From Pristiophorus japonicus (Eukaryota), in assembly GCF_044704955.1 (NCBI RefSeq), contig NC_091989.1, forward strand, positions 84,692,001-84,756,000: a stretch of 64,000 nt of DNA. The letters are read 5' to 3'. Shown piece after piece: positions 12,911 through 23,054 of this stretch (position 1 is its first letter; each line of letters begins with the position of its first letter). The notes below the pieces were generated by a model that worked only from the letters and a program-made list of their open reading frames with translations, was not told the origin of the DNA and did not search any database. The position numbers were made by a program, and so were the translations under genes.

Positions 12911-13049
12911 TCCCTTCCCTGTGCCCTTTCACCCACCCCCAGTTCTTTACCTGTTTCAAGGCTGTTCAATCTGTAAGATGTTCCATTGCTGACAGCAGGG
13001 CCTGGAGCTGACCTGTGAACCATTTCTGTGTGTGGTGTGTGTGTGCACA

Positions 13050-13700
13050 GTGCCCGCCCCTCGCCTGTCACTCACACCAGGCCGCGCCACGTGACGCGCC
13101 TCCATCTTGCGGCACCGGCCGCACTCCCGTTGCCGCTCGCAGCCTCGTCCGCTTCAGGCGCGTCGACAAAGCCCAAGCCCGGTGACCATCATTCGGGCAA
13201 TCGCTTCCACCCCGAACCTGAAGTGCTTCAGTTGACGTGCCCGAGGTATTTTGGTGCCGGCTAGCGGCCCGCGCCGCCGGCCTGAGCTCCCATTGTTCTG
13301 ACCGCTCGGGAGGGACGCGCATGCGCCGAGTGGGGCAGCGCGAATAGAGAGGTTTCCGAGCCGCGGGGCAGTGTGGGTAGGCAGCGCCGCCATTCTCCGG
13401 CGCCACAGCCAGCAGTTTTTTTAAACCGCGCATCCCGAGGAAGTAATATTCTCGGGTTCGAGCGCTTTCCACCAGCATTTGTATAATAGTTGTGGGAACA
13501 TGTTGCGAAATTGAACTGTAGCACGGACGGAGAGCCACTCCGAATTCTCTTCCCCCCCCCAAATCTGCTTTAAACATTGACGCGTGCGCACACGGTGCTG
13601 CTAACACAGCCTGGTGGGCTGGCCTGCGCGCATGAGCAGGGCCGCAGCTCTGCCGAGGCCGCCATTGTGGAGGAGTTGCTGAGAGAGAGACAGCTACCTG
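13050..13700. promoter_or_regulatory. CpG island / candidate housekeeping-type promoter
   Basis: Non-repetitive CpG-dense stretch with E-box/CLEAR-like CACGTGAC at 13088-13095, YY1-like CCATCTTG at ~13102 and NRF1-type GCGCATGCGC at 13317-13326. Confidence 0.7.
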
Positions 13701-13847
13701 GGACTGGCTGCTGCAGCCTCCACTGCCTTTCACTTTAGATTTAGCCAACTGATCTTCTTCACTGCTGAATGGGCTTTTCTATCAGGAGGACTCCTCGAAG
13801 GAAAAGTCTATGAGTTCCTGATTCCAGACTGCTCTAATGATTGTCTA

Positions 13848-14100
13848 ATGATTGAAATGTTCAAGACTCAGTTCTCAGGAGTGGATTGTGTATGCAAGAG
13901 GGTGGGTGGAGATATTAACTGCACTAGCAAGTTGTTTTTTGTACAGCACTGTGGGGCATTTCTTAAGAGACGTGGAAGGGCACAAAGTAATTGCACTCTG
14001 TTACTACTTTCAGTTGTCTGCAGAACAGAACCGACAGGATTCAGTTGTGTGAAAAATCCTAAGGAGAAGTTTACGGAAAGAATCTTGTGGGGAAATCCAG
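13848..14100 (+). CDS. Candidate first coding exon of the C2H2 zinc-finger gene
   Basis: ATG at 13848, open to a consensus donor CAG|GTAAGT at 14100/14101 (phase 1). This matches the phase-1 acceptor at 27704/27705. No recognisable domain in the 84 aa. Confidence 0.35.
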
Positions 14101-15754
14101 GTAAGTGCAAGTGTTTCAAGCTATAATATCCAGTCACAGCCCCATGGGTTGTGGACCACAGCTGTGCAGTAAGAACTTGGCTCATTGTTGAATAGATACT
14201 GCTGGTGACAGTTCATTGCTGAATCTCTAGTGTAAGGCTGCATCTCGTGCTGCGAGTGGGGATCTCTGCAGCAGGCCAAGTCTGACCGTGGGTTACCCCT
14301 GTGATTGAGCAATTCACTGCACAGAATGTGCCGGGAATTCTCTGCATCTGTATTCCGAGTGAAAAGGGAATGGCAAAGGCTTCTCTTTGTGCCGGTCTCC
14401 AGTTTCCCAGAGGTTTTACCAGTTCACATGGGGCTGCCTACGTCTCTGGAAGTCATTGGATTATCTGCTTGCACCCAATCTCTCTCCCCTTCTCAGTTTT
14501 GAGAATCTGCAGCTATTTGCTTGTAATTAGAACTGTAAATTTATACATCATTGTCAATTTTTGTCTGATTCTGCTCCTGAGAAGTGGCTTGGGATGTTTT
14601 ACTACATTAACGGGGCTATATTAATGTAGTTGTACAAACATACATTCTACATTACACAGCAACTGAGCTGTCAACGGAAAGTGCCCTGGAGAACTATTTT
14701 GAGCCAAAGAAAAGCATCATGATGGAGAGATAACAATTTTGTAAAAGGGGGAACGGCGAACCAATCAAACAATACATAATTTCATTAACTGAACTGGCTG
14801 CTACATGTAACTTTGGAGCACTTGCAGAGGAAATGATCAGGGATCAACTGATTGAGAAAACAATGATCCCGCGCATTCGGGAATGCTTGCTAATGGAGGA
14901 TGACAAAATAGAATTGGATCAAGCAACTAATTTGGCCATCCAAATCGAATCAGCGTTTCCTATTCAAAAGAGATCAGATCCTCTGCTCCCCCTGTGCAGC
15001 AGACTTCAGCTACAGCCCATGTGCAAGGCGTTCGTCCAAAGCGGAAATCACAGCAGAGACCCAGGGCTAGTAATAAGCCACCCACTATGGATCGCGGGCC
15101 TAACTTCCACTGCTTTTACCGTGGTGTCAAATCACACTCAGCAAAGAGTCCTAACTGCACTGCAAGTGGGAAGAAATGCTCTGCATTGTGGTAAAATGAA
15201 CCATTTTGCTAGTATCTGTCGCTCATCACAGCATATTTGACATGTGGACAACCCAGATAGTGAAGAACCCAATATGGTTTACACCGTTAGTGACATTTTG
15301 CACATTGGTTTAGGCAAATTCAAGGACTGAGGTAAACATTGACGGCATGCCCTGCTGCCTCCTCATTGACCTTGGAGCCAAAGTCTCCATATTGAGCGAG
15401 GTTGTGTACAAAACCCACTTCACGCACTGTTAACTGCAGCTCGCAACTTCTGTTCTACATGCGTACTCCGGCTCTAAAATTGAGGTACTTGGCGTCATAT
15501 CTGTCCCAATATACTACAAGGACATAACATTGGAGAACTTTTCCTTTCATGTCGCGAAGGGACGAAGCCTCATGAGTGTTAACCTTTTTGACAAGCTTGG
15601 GTTCAAAGTTTACAACCCAACATGCACACCTGTGTACATGGTGAACTTTGACAAGCAGTATCCCTCAATCTTCACAGGGTTTGGAGTGACAACAAAATTC
15701 TGCCATCGTCCTTGCTTTGACCCTTCCATCAAACTGGTTACGCAGCGACTTTGC

Positions 15755-16580
15755 TGATGTCGTTTTTAACGACTTTGCAGTTTTTTGCCACTTTGCTATT
15801 TATAGCAATTCAACTATTCCCAGGGTTTATATTTAATTCAAATCAGATTATAACACATGCTTTTAATACAGGTATATTGAGTAAAAAAAGCAGAGATTTA
15901 TCAAGTACATTACATTTTGTTACAAAAAGTAATACTCAACAAATGATAGTCACAGCCTGTTCCCGATAGCGTCCTCTCGAGAGACCGTGGTGTCGACTCC
16001 TTATCTTCTGTTGTCTTAATTTGCACTGCCTTCCTGGTAGAAGAGCTGTTACTTTATACCCTTTTTCTCCCATTCAAATGCTGTGAAACACTGCAGCTGT
16101 TTCAGCCTCACAATAGATCATATTGAGTCTACTGTTTTTGACCTTCTATGTTATCTCTATAGCCCCTCCCTCTCTGTTGCAGGAATCACTTCTCAGAACA
16201 ATTGCACAGACCATGTCACACAGAATTATACCGAGCTTGACTTTACAAAATGATAAGAAATGGTACATGCTGCATACCTTTATCTTATTGATAATTTTGG
16301 CCTTGATCGTTCTAGTTCTAAATGAAGCTGTATCAGCAGTACAAAAATGGTTAATATAATAATGGCTCAATTTACCATGATGCTTTGCTTCTGAGCTTTT
16401 GGCCATTTTAAAACCCATTTTATGTTATATAGTCCATTTTCTATCATTTATAAGTGAGTTTTACATACAATCAATGCATATAAAGAAAGTTACAAATATA
16501 CAGGTTATTCATTAATTAAAGACGTTTAACATAAACTTCTTAATTCTAACTTCTAACACCTGTCAATAGGCGATATCTAA
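15755..16580 (-). repeat. 3' LTR of mini-element
   Basis: Colinear, high-identity copy of 17842-18668. Confidence 0.9.
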
Positions 16581-16787
16581 CTTGAGGTGGAGGAACTTTC
16601 GACTCTTCATTACCTCCTAATACTGATCAGCCCTTTGAATCTGGACCATTTTATGTGTTGGATCAATTCACTACCTTCAGTACCCACTCTGATGACCATC
16701 GGTCTGTATTTTCCTTTAAAGTCTTGAATATCTAAAGTTTTCATTTTTACTCTTTTCTAATAGACTTTATGCGGTTATAAAATTAAG

Positions 16788-17279
16788 TCATGTTTTTGTT
16801 TGGCGTATTAGGTGCTTTAAATAGCAGGTGTACACTATTAAACATATTAACACTGTGAGTTGAACTATTACCAATAAATGTGAAATTATTCTAATCCAGG
16901 GAGAAATTTCTATATTAATCCCTATAATTTTTGGTTCCCTACCTTGTGGTATTCGGGCTTGACTGGATATATTTTAATCAAACTTCTAATTTTACACTGT
17001 TCCACATCGTCATAGTAATGAGACAGTCCTGACAAAATATGCATTTGTTACCCACGTAGGCAGACGTCCCTTGTTAATACTTTCTAGATTTTCCCTGGAT
17101 TGTTCCACTAACCAGTTCCCATACATGACACAGGCGTAATTAATGGCAGCCTGACCCGAGGCATTTCTGCTTTCTCTAATGATATAGTTAATCTTGCATA
17201 CATGACTTTCTGTTATGTGCACGATATCCCTTAGGTGTATAATCATTATTTGATCTTCTCTCAACTCTTCCCTTTCCAT
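16788..17279 (-). pseudogene. env remnant (ectodomain piece plus transmembrane anchor)
   Basis: INYACVMYGNWLVEQSRENLESINKGRLPTWVTN aligns by eye with TLCSVYGDWDLNQLRKL..NQAKVATWINN of the 59-60 kb env. TM segment PWIRIISHLLVIVQLTVLICLIVYTCYLK at 16901-16815. Confidence 0.7.
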
Positions 17280-17604
17280 GTTGTTTGTCTGAATTTACTT
17301 TCTGCAATTCTTCATTCTTAGCCGAATTTTGTATTTCCAATTCTGATATTTTATCCTCTAGTTCTGTCTTCACCTGTGATTCACGTTCTGCGAAGTATGA
17401 AGCTGCATTGGTGACGAGACTCATTACCTTATCCAGCTTCCACTTCTTAGCTTTAATTTGTTCATCAATAAAAGTGACCGCATCCTTAGAGGATACATTC
17501 GGGTTTTTCCCTCGGCAATCTACCAACACTGTCTGCACTTGCGTTTCCTCACATCCTTTTTCTAACTTTTTCTGATGCTCTTCCCAGAAACACTCCTCTG
17601 GCAT
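17188..17604 (-). pseudogene. Gag-like N-terminal coiled-coil ORF of mini-element
   Basis: First ORF after the PBS; heptad-rich ESQVKTELEDKISELEIQNSAKNEELQKV; same position as the coiled-coil ORF of the 54-kb element. Confidence 0.5.
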
Positions 17605-17823
17605 CTTAAAAAAATGTTTAAGCTTCCTTAAAGAAGATAATTATCACTGTCGGTTGACGTAAATCAACCTACCACATGGTTCGATCGGTGACCAAACGAT
17701 CTGCCTTGCGTCTGCTGTTTACACACAACAACCTGTTTTCAAATGAAGAATAAAAAATTACAGGAGTCCCCACTGAACTTGTTTAATGAGTATATTGTAT
17801 TTTGTGCAATAACTCTTTGTTTT

Positions 17824-17841
17824 GTCCCTCCGTGGTCATCA
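17824..17841 (-). promoter_or_regulatory. Primer-binding site, tRNA-Arg-like
   Basis: Minus strand TGATGACCACGGAGGGAC, a 15/18 match to TGGCGACCACGAAGGGAC (complement of a vertebrate tRNA-Arg 3' end, from memory), directly after the 5' LTR. Confidence 0.7.
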
Positions 17842-18668
17842 GATGCAGTTTTTAACGACTTAGCAGTTTTTTGCCGCTTTGCTAATTATAGCAATTCAAC
17901 TATTCCCAGGGTTTATATTTAATTCAAACTAGGAGACTCTTGTTCAGATTATAGCACATGCTTTTAATACAGGTATATTGAGTAAAAACAACAGAGATTT
18001 ATCAAGTACATTACGTTCTGTTACAAAAAGTAATACTCAACAAATGATAGTCACAGCCTGTTAAGATAGTGTCCCCTCGAGAGACCCCTTATCTTCTCTT
18101 GTCTCAATTCACACTGCCTTCCTGGTAGAAGAGCTGTTACTTTATACCCTTTTCTTCCCATTCAAATGCTGTGAAACACTGCAGCAATTTCAGCCTCACA
18201 ATAGATCATATTGAGTCGACTGATTTTGACTTTCTATGTTATATCTATCTCCCCTCCCTCTCTGTGGCAGGAATCATTTCTCTAAGAACAATTATACAGA
18301 CCATGTCACACAGAATTATAATGAGCTTGGCTTTACAAAATTATGATAACTGGTACATGCTGCATACCTTTACCTTGTTGATAATTTTGGCCTTGATCAT
18401 TCAAGTTCTAAATGAAACTAGCAGCAGTTACAAAAATGTTGAACATAATAGTGGCTCAATTTACCATGATGCTTTGCTTGTCAGCCTTTGGCCATTTTAA
18501 AACCCATTTTATGTTATACAGCCATTTTCTATCGTTTATAAGTGAGTTACATACAATCAATACATAGAAAGGAAGTTACAAACATACAGATTATTCATTA
18601 ATTAAAGACGTTTAAAATTAACTTCTTAATTCTAACTTCTAACACCAGTCAATAGGCGATATCTTACA
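17842..18668 (-). repeat. 5' LTR of mini-element
   Basis: Starts TGTAAG on the minus strand; TATAAA (minus) at 18141-18146; followed by the PBS. Confidence 0.9.
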
Positions 18669-18914
18669 CACTCTCCCATTCGCGGTTTGCGACCAAGTAT
18701 CCACAGAATTAATGCGACTTGAATCTCAGGGAATCATTGAGAGCATCGACTCCTCACGCTGGATCTCGAACTTAGTCATTGCTTGACGTAAAAATGGGGA
18801 GATCCATCTATGCATCGACTTGAAAGAGGTGAACAAGGCCATCATCCCCGACAAGTACCCTCTTCCTACCATCGACGAAATGTCTTCAGAATTCCACGGC
18901 TCAGTAGTCTTTAT

Positions 18915-20015
18915 GGGCCCAAGTTTCCACACGAAAAAAAATGGGCGCCCCTCTGAGCTGGGCGTCTGTTTTTCACGCCTAAAACGGCGCCTAAAAAAAA
19001 CCGCGCTATTCTCGAGCGCCCTGCAGCTCTTTGTCTGCCTGGCGCAGCGTGGAGGGGGGCGGAGCCTACACTCGCGCAGATTTTGTAAGTGGGAGGGGGC
19101 GGGTACTATTTAAATTTGTTTTTTTTCCTGTCGGCAACGCTGCGCGTTGGAGCGTTCGCGCACGCGCAGTGTGAAGCAAACATTGACAGTCGGCCATTTT
19201 TGTAGTTCTTTATAGCTGTTCAATTTTTGAACATTTTTTAATAAAAGCACATTGCCATCAGCACTGAGGCTTCCTGCAGCAGTGATAAAGCCTCAAAGTT
19301 GAGGCAGCCGTTTCCCTCCCCACCCCTGCCCGCCGTCGGGAACGCACTGAACGGCTCCCTCCCGCCCCCCCCCCCGCCCCGGCAGGAACGCACTGAAAGG
19401 CTCTCCCCCCCCCGCCCCCGCGGGAACGCACTGAACGGCCCTCCCGCCCTGGCGGGAACGCACTGAAAGGCTGGGCTCTCCCCCCCCCCCCCCCGGCCCC
19501 GGCGGGAACGCACGGAACGGCTCCCGCCCCCGCGGGAACGAACGATGGCTGAAGCACTTTCACACAGGTAGGAAGATGGTTTATTTAATCTTTTCTTTGC
19601 TTATAAATGTTTATTCAGGTTGGATTTATTGGTATAATATTTGTAGAAGTATAAATAAGAATTTATTGTAGAATTTAGTGACTTCCCTCCCCCCCCACTT
19701 TGTTCTGGACGCCTAATTTGTAACCTGCGCCTGATTTTTTAATGTGTAGAACAGGTTTTTTCAGTTCTACAAAAATCTTCACTTGCTCCATTCTACTTTT
19801 GTTTGGAGTACGTTTTCACTGTGGAAACTTTGAAATCAGGCGTCAGTGGCCGGACACGCCCCCTTTTGAAGAAAAAATTCTGTTCCAAATTAGAACTGTT
19901 CTCCCTCACTAGAACTGCAGAAAAAAAAATGTGGAGAATTGTGATTTCTAAGATAGTTCGTTCTCCACCAGTTGCTCCTAAAAATCAGGCACAAATCATG
20001 TGGAAACTTGGGCCC
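18915..20015. mobile_element. Non-autonomous PIF/Harbinger-type DNA transposon (MITE) in the Gypsy RT
   Basis: 20-bp TIRs GGGCCCAAGTTTCCACAYGA (one mismatch); 3-bp TSD TAT/TAC; removing it restores RT ...GSVVFTKLDL; no transposase. Confidence 0.9.
19330..19550. repeat. Internal tandem repeat of MITE (CGGGAACGCACTGAACGGCTCC + C-run)
   Basis: About six visible copies. Confidence 0.85.
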
Positions 20016-22075
20016 TACGAAACTAGACTTGCGCTGCAGTTACCTGCAAATACCCCTAGCCGAGGATAGCAAACCGCTCACAGTATTCACGACACATGAT
20101 GGTGTGTATCAGTATTGACGCATGCCCTACGGACTATCTTCTGCACCAAGTGCATTTCAGAAGATTGTCACTACTATGCTAGCAGGCATAGAGGGAATCC
20201 GCAATCTGCTTGATATCGTCGTCCATGGACGGACAATGGCAGAACTTGACCAGCGACTTCATGCTGTTATGGCTAGACTTGCTACACATAACATAACACT
20301 TAAGTGTATATTCGCTGCTGGAGAAATAAACTTTCTGGGCTACAAAGTCACAGCACAGACAACATTGACGCGATCCAGCAAAAGCAGGAGGTTACCAACG
20401 TGAAAGAACTTTCATCATTCCACAGCACTTGCAACTTCGATCTGACATTCGTCCCGCATTACGCACACATTGCTGAGCCTCTTCGCAAGTTGCTGCGCAA
20501 GGACGTCTCTTGGGAATGGACAGATTCCCAGGCTCAGGCATTCACCACGCTTCAGGAGAAAATCACATCCCCTCCTATCCTCACGCACCTTGATCCAAAT
20601 ACCACTACATACGTCACCACGGATGCATCAGGCACCGCCATGGGTGCTGTGCTCTCGCAATGGATTGACGGCCTGGAACGCCCAGTCGCCTTCGCCTCTT
20701 GCACGCTCTCGTCTGCAGAATGTAAATAGTCTACAGGGGAACGCAAAGCACTCGCATCTATGCATGTGAACGCTGGCACATCTACCTCTATGGCAGGAAA
20801 TTTACTCTCCGTACGGATCACCAAGCATTAGCTACGCTACTCGCTACAACTGGATCTGGGCACAGACCACTACGAATCAACCGATGGTCAGATTGCCTTC
20901 ATCAGTATAACTTTGATGTACAGTACATCGCGGGCAGTCGCAATCATGTAGCTGACATGCTCAGCCGCTCGACACCTGCTTCGGACTCTGGTGCTGACTT
21001 GTTCACGGATGACGACATATGTCACGTCGATCATCACTCAGTCCATCAGAAACCTTGTCTCCTGTGACGAACACAAAACCGAATCAATTAAAGCGTGATG
21101 CTAAGCTCCAGCACATGTGCCACTTCCTCCAGACTGAGTGGCCTAAGCAAATTCCGGAAGAGCTGTAAACCTTCCACAGACTTCACGATGAATTTTCAGT
21201 TTGGAACGATGGCTGCCTAGCTCGTGGTGATAGAGCAATAATTCCCAAGTCACTTCAACAGCGCGTTCTCTCATTGGCACACAATGGAGACCCTGGCATT
21301 GTCCGCATGAAGCAGAGATGTCGCGATTCAGTATGGTGGCCTGGGATTGACGCATCGAGGAGTTTGTCTCACACGGTGAAGCATGCAGTCTGAGCAAAAA
21401 GGCCACAAACATCTGACCAGTGCCAATGAAGTCCATTCTATGGCCACAAAGACCATGGCAACAACTTCAGTTGGATATCTTCGGTCCAGTTGAAGCAGCT
21501 CCACAGTACCAGCGTTTCCTTGTTGTAGTACATGACCTGCATTCCAAATGGCCTGAAATCGCTACAAGAAGTTCAGTGACCTCATCAATGATCGTCACTA
21601 TTCTGCAGCCTATGTAGGGCATCCCAGAAGTCATAATCACTGATAATGGACCACAGATTGTATCCGACCAGTTTGCGGATTTCCTCATTCGTCATGCTAT
21701 CGAGCATTGCCTTACTGCTCAGTTCAATCCTCAAAGCAACAGAGGTGTTTAGCGATTTAACTGTATCATCAAAGAAGGTTTGAAAGCCAACCTCGCAGCA
21801 GGCCAAACATTCTCTACACATACCATTCAACAAAGCACTCGCTAACGGGGAAGACACCCGCTGAGCTCATGATTGGGTGGAATCTTCACTGGCTACTGGA
21901 CATTCTCAAACCCCCAGCCAAAGCTAGCGCGAAGAGACCAGCAGGATGAAACAGAGGCACTGTTGTGTTTCCCAACCAAAACCTCGAGCAAACACCACAA
22001 GCTCCACTCCGATCTCAGCATATCAGATCACGACCTGGCTATCTCAAGGACTTTGTCTGTACATAGACTGGTTTT

Positions 22076-22300
22076 AAAAGGGTGGGGTGGGGGAAATATG
22101 TTGTGTTCATACTATCTTTATTTGTTACAGCTCACTGTACGGCATTAGGACCCTGCGGGAGCTATTCACCTTTGCTGTATTCATTCTGGTTCATGCTGAT
22201 TTGAGTCTCAATTTCTGGGTTGTATAAAAGCAGTTAAGTTAAGTTACTTTACTCCTGGCACAATTTGTCAGTTATATACGTGTACACACTATGGATAATC
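22076..22300 (+). repeat. Polypurine tract and probable 3' LTR of the Gypsy element
   Basis: AAAAGGGTGGGGTGGGGGAAA followed by TGTTGTG at 22099. The LTR right end is uncertain and no 5' partner is visible. Confidence 0.6.
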
Positions 22301-22632
22301 ACAGAACTCACAGGCAGTACCTCGAGGCTCGGGGTCAGGCCTGTAACAGGCCTGAAGAATGAGCCTGTGGGACGCAATTTAAAAGAACGCCTGCGTGCTC
22401 CTCACCGGCGGGGCTGCCAGGCCTGCAACACGCGGTGTGCAGTGGCGCAAGGTCACCGTGCAGATTATGGGGAACAGTGCTGCAGGGCGGTGCTGTATAT
22501 GGGCCTCAACTCATTGGGATTCAGAAGAGGGGTACTGAGGTGAAGGATCAGCCATGATCTTATTGAATGGTGGTGCAGGCTTGAAGGGCCGAATGGCCTA
22601 CTCCTGCACCTATTTTCTATGTTTCTTATCTT

Positions 22633-23043
22633 TTAAGAAACTGTCTATTTCTGTCTTAAATTTATTCAATGTCCCAGCTTCCACAGCTCTCTGAGGCAGC
22701 GAATTCCACAGATTCACAACCGTCAGAAGAAATTTCTCCTCATATCAGTTTTAAATGGGTGGCCCCTTATTCTAAGATTATGCACCTGAGTTTCAATAAG
22801 ATCTTATTGAAACAAAAGATTATGAGGGGGCTCGACGAGGTGGACGCAGAGAGGGATGTTTCCACTGATGGGGGAGACGAGAACTAGGGTGCATAATCTT
22901 AGAATAAGGAGCCGCCCATTTAAGACTGAGATGAGGAGAAATTTCTTCTCTGAGGGTTGTGAATCTGCGGAATTCTCTGCCTCAGAGAGATGTGGAAGCT
23001 GGGACATTGAATAAATTGAAGACACAAATAGACAGTTTCTTAA
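22633..23043. repeat. Fold-back inverted repeat of CR1 3' coding sequence
   Basis: 22633-22787 is the reverse complement of 22888-23043; perfect 24-bp palindrome at 22790-22813. Confidence 0.85.
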
Positions 23044-23054
23044 AGGAACTGAAA

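Larger units (their letters stand above)
15755..18668 (-). mobile_element. Non-autonomous, internally deleted ERV-like mini-element (two LTRs, PBS, gag-N and env remnants, no pol)
   Basis: Two ~0.82-kb direct repeats (15755-16580, 17842-18668). The minus-strand 5' LTR starts TGTAAG and the element ends in CA. PBS-like sequence follows the 5' LTR. It interrupts the Gypsy pol between ...TQRL and LPFAV. Confidence 0.85.
14640..22300 (+). mobile_element. Decayed Gypsy/Ty3 LTR retrotransposon, 5'-truncated, with two nested insertions
   Basis: Domains in Gypsy order: gag (CNFGALAEEMIRDQLIEK, knuckle remnant CGKMNHFASIC), protease LIDLGAKVSIL ~15360, RT (CIDLKEVNKAIIPDKYPLP; MPYGLSSAPSAFQK), RNase H (TTDASGTAMGAVLSQ; FTLRTDHQAL), integrase (VWWPGID; PWQQLQLDIFGP; IITDNGPQ). 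Many stops and frameshifts. Confidence 0.92.

Noticed and set aside
13068-13748. 226-aa minus-strand ORF over the CpG island
   Set aside because: Non-ATG start, no domain, and composition expected from GC-rich non-coding DNA.
16123-18500. Two similar hydrophobic ORFs (16123-16359 and 18171-18500) suggesting a duplicated membrane-protein gene
   Set aside because: They are the same position in the two LTRs, antisense to the element, AT-rich, and differ in start and stop.
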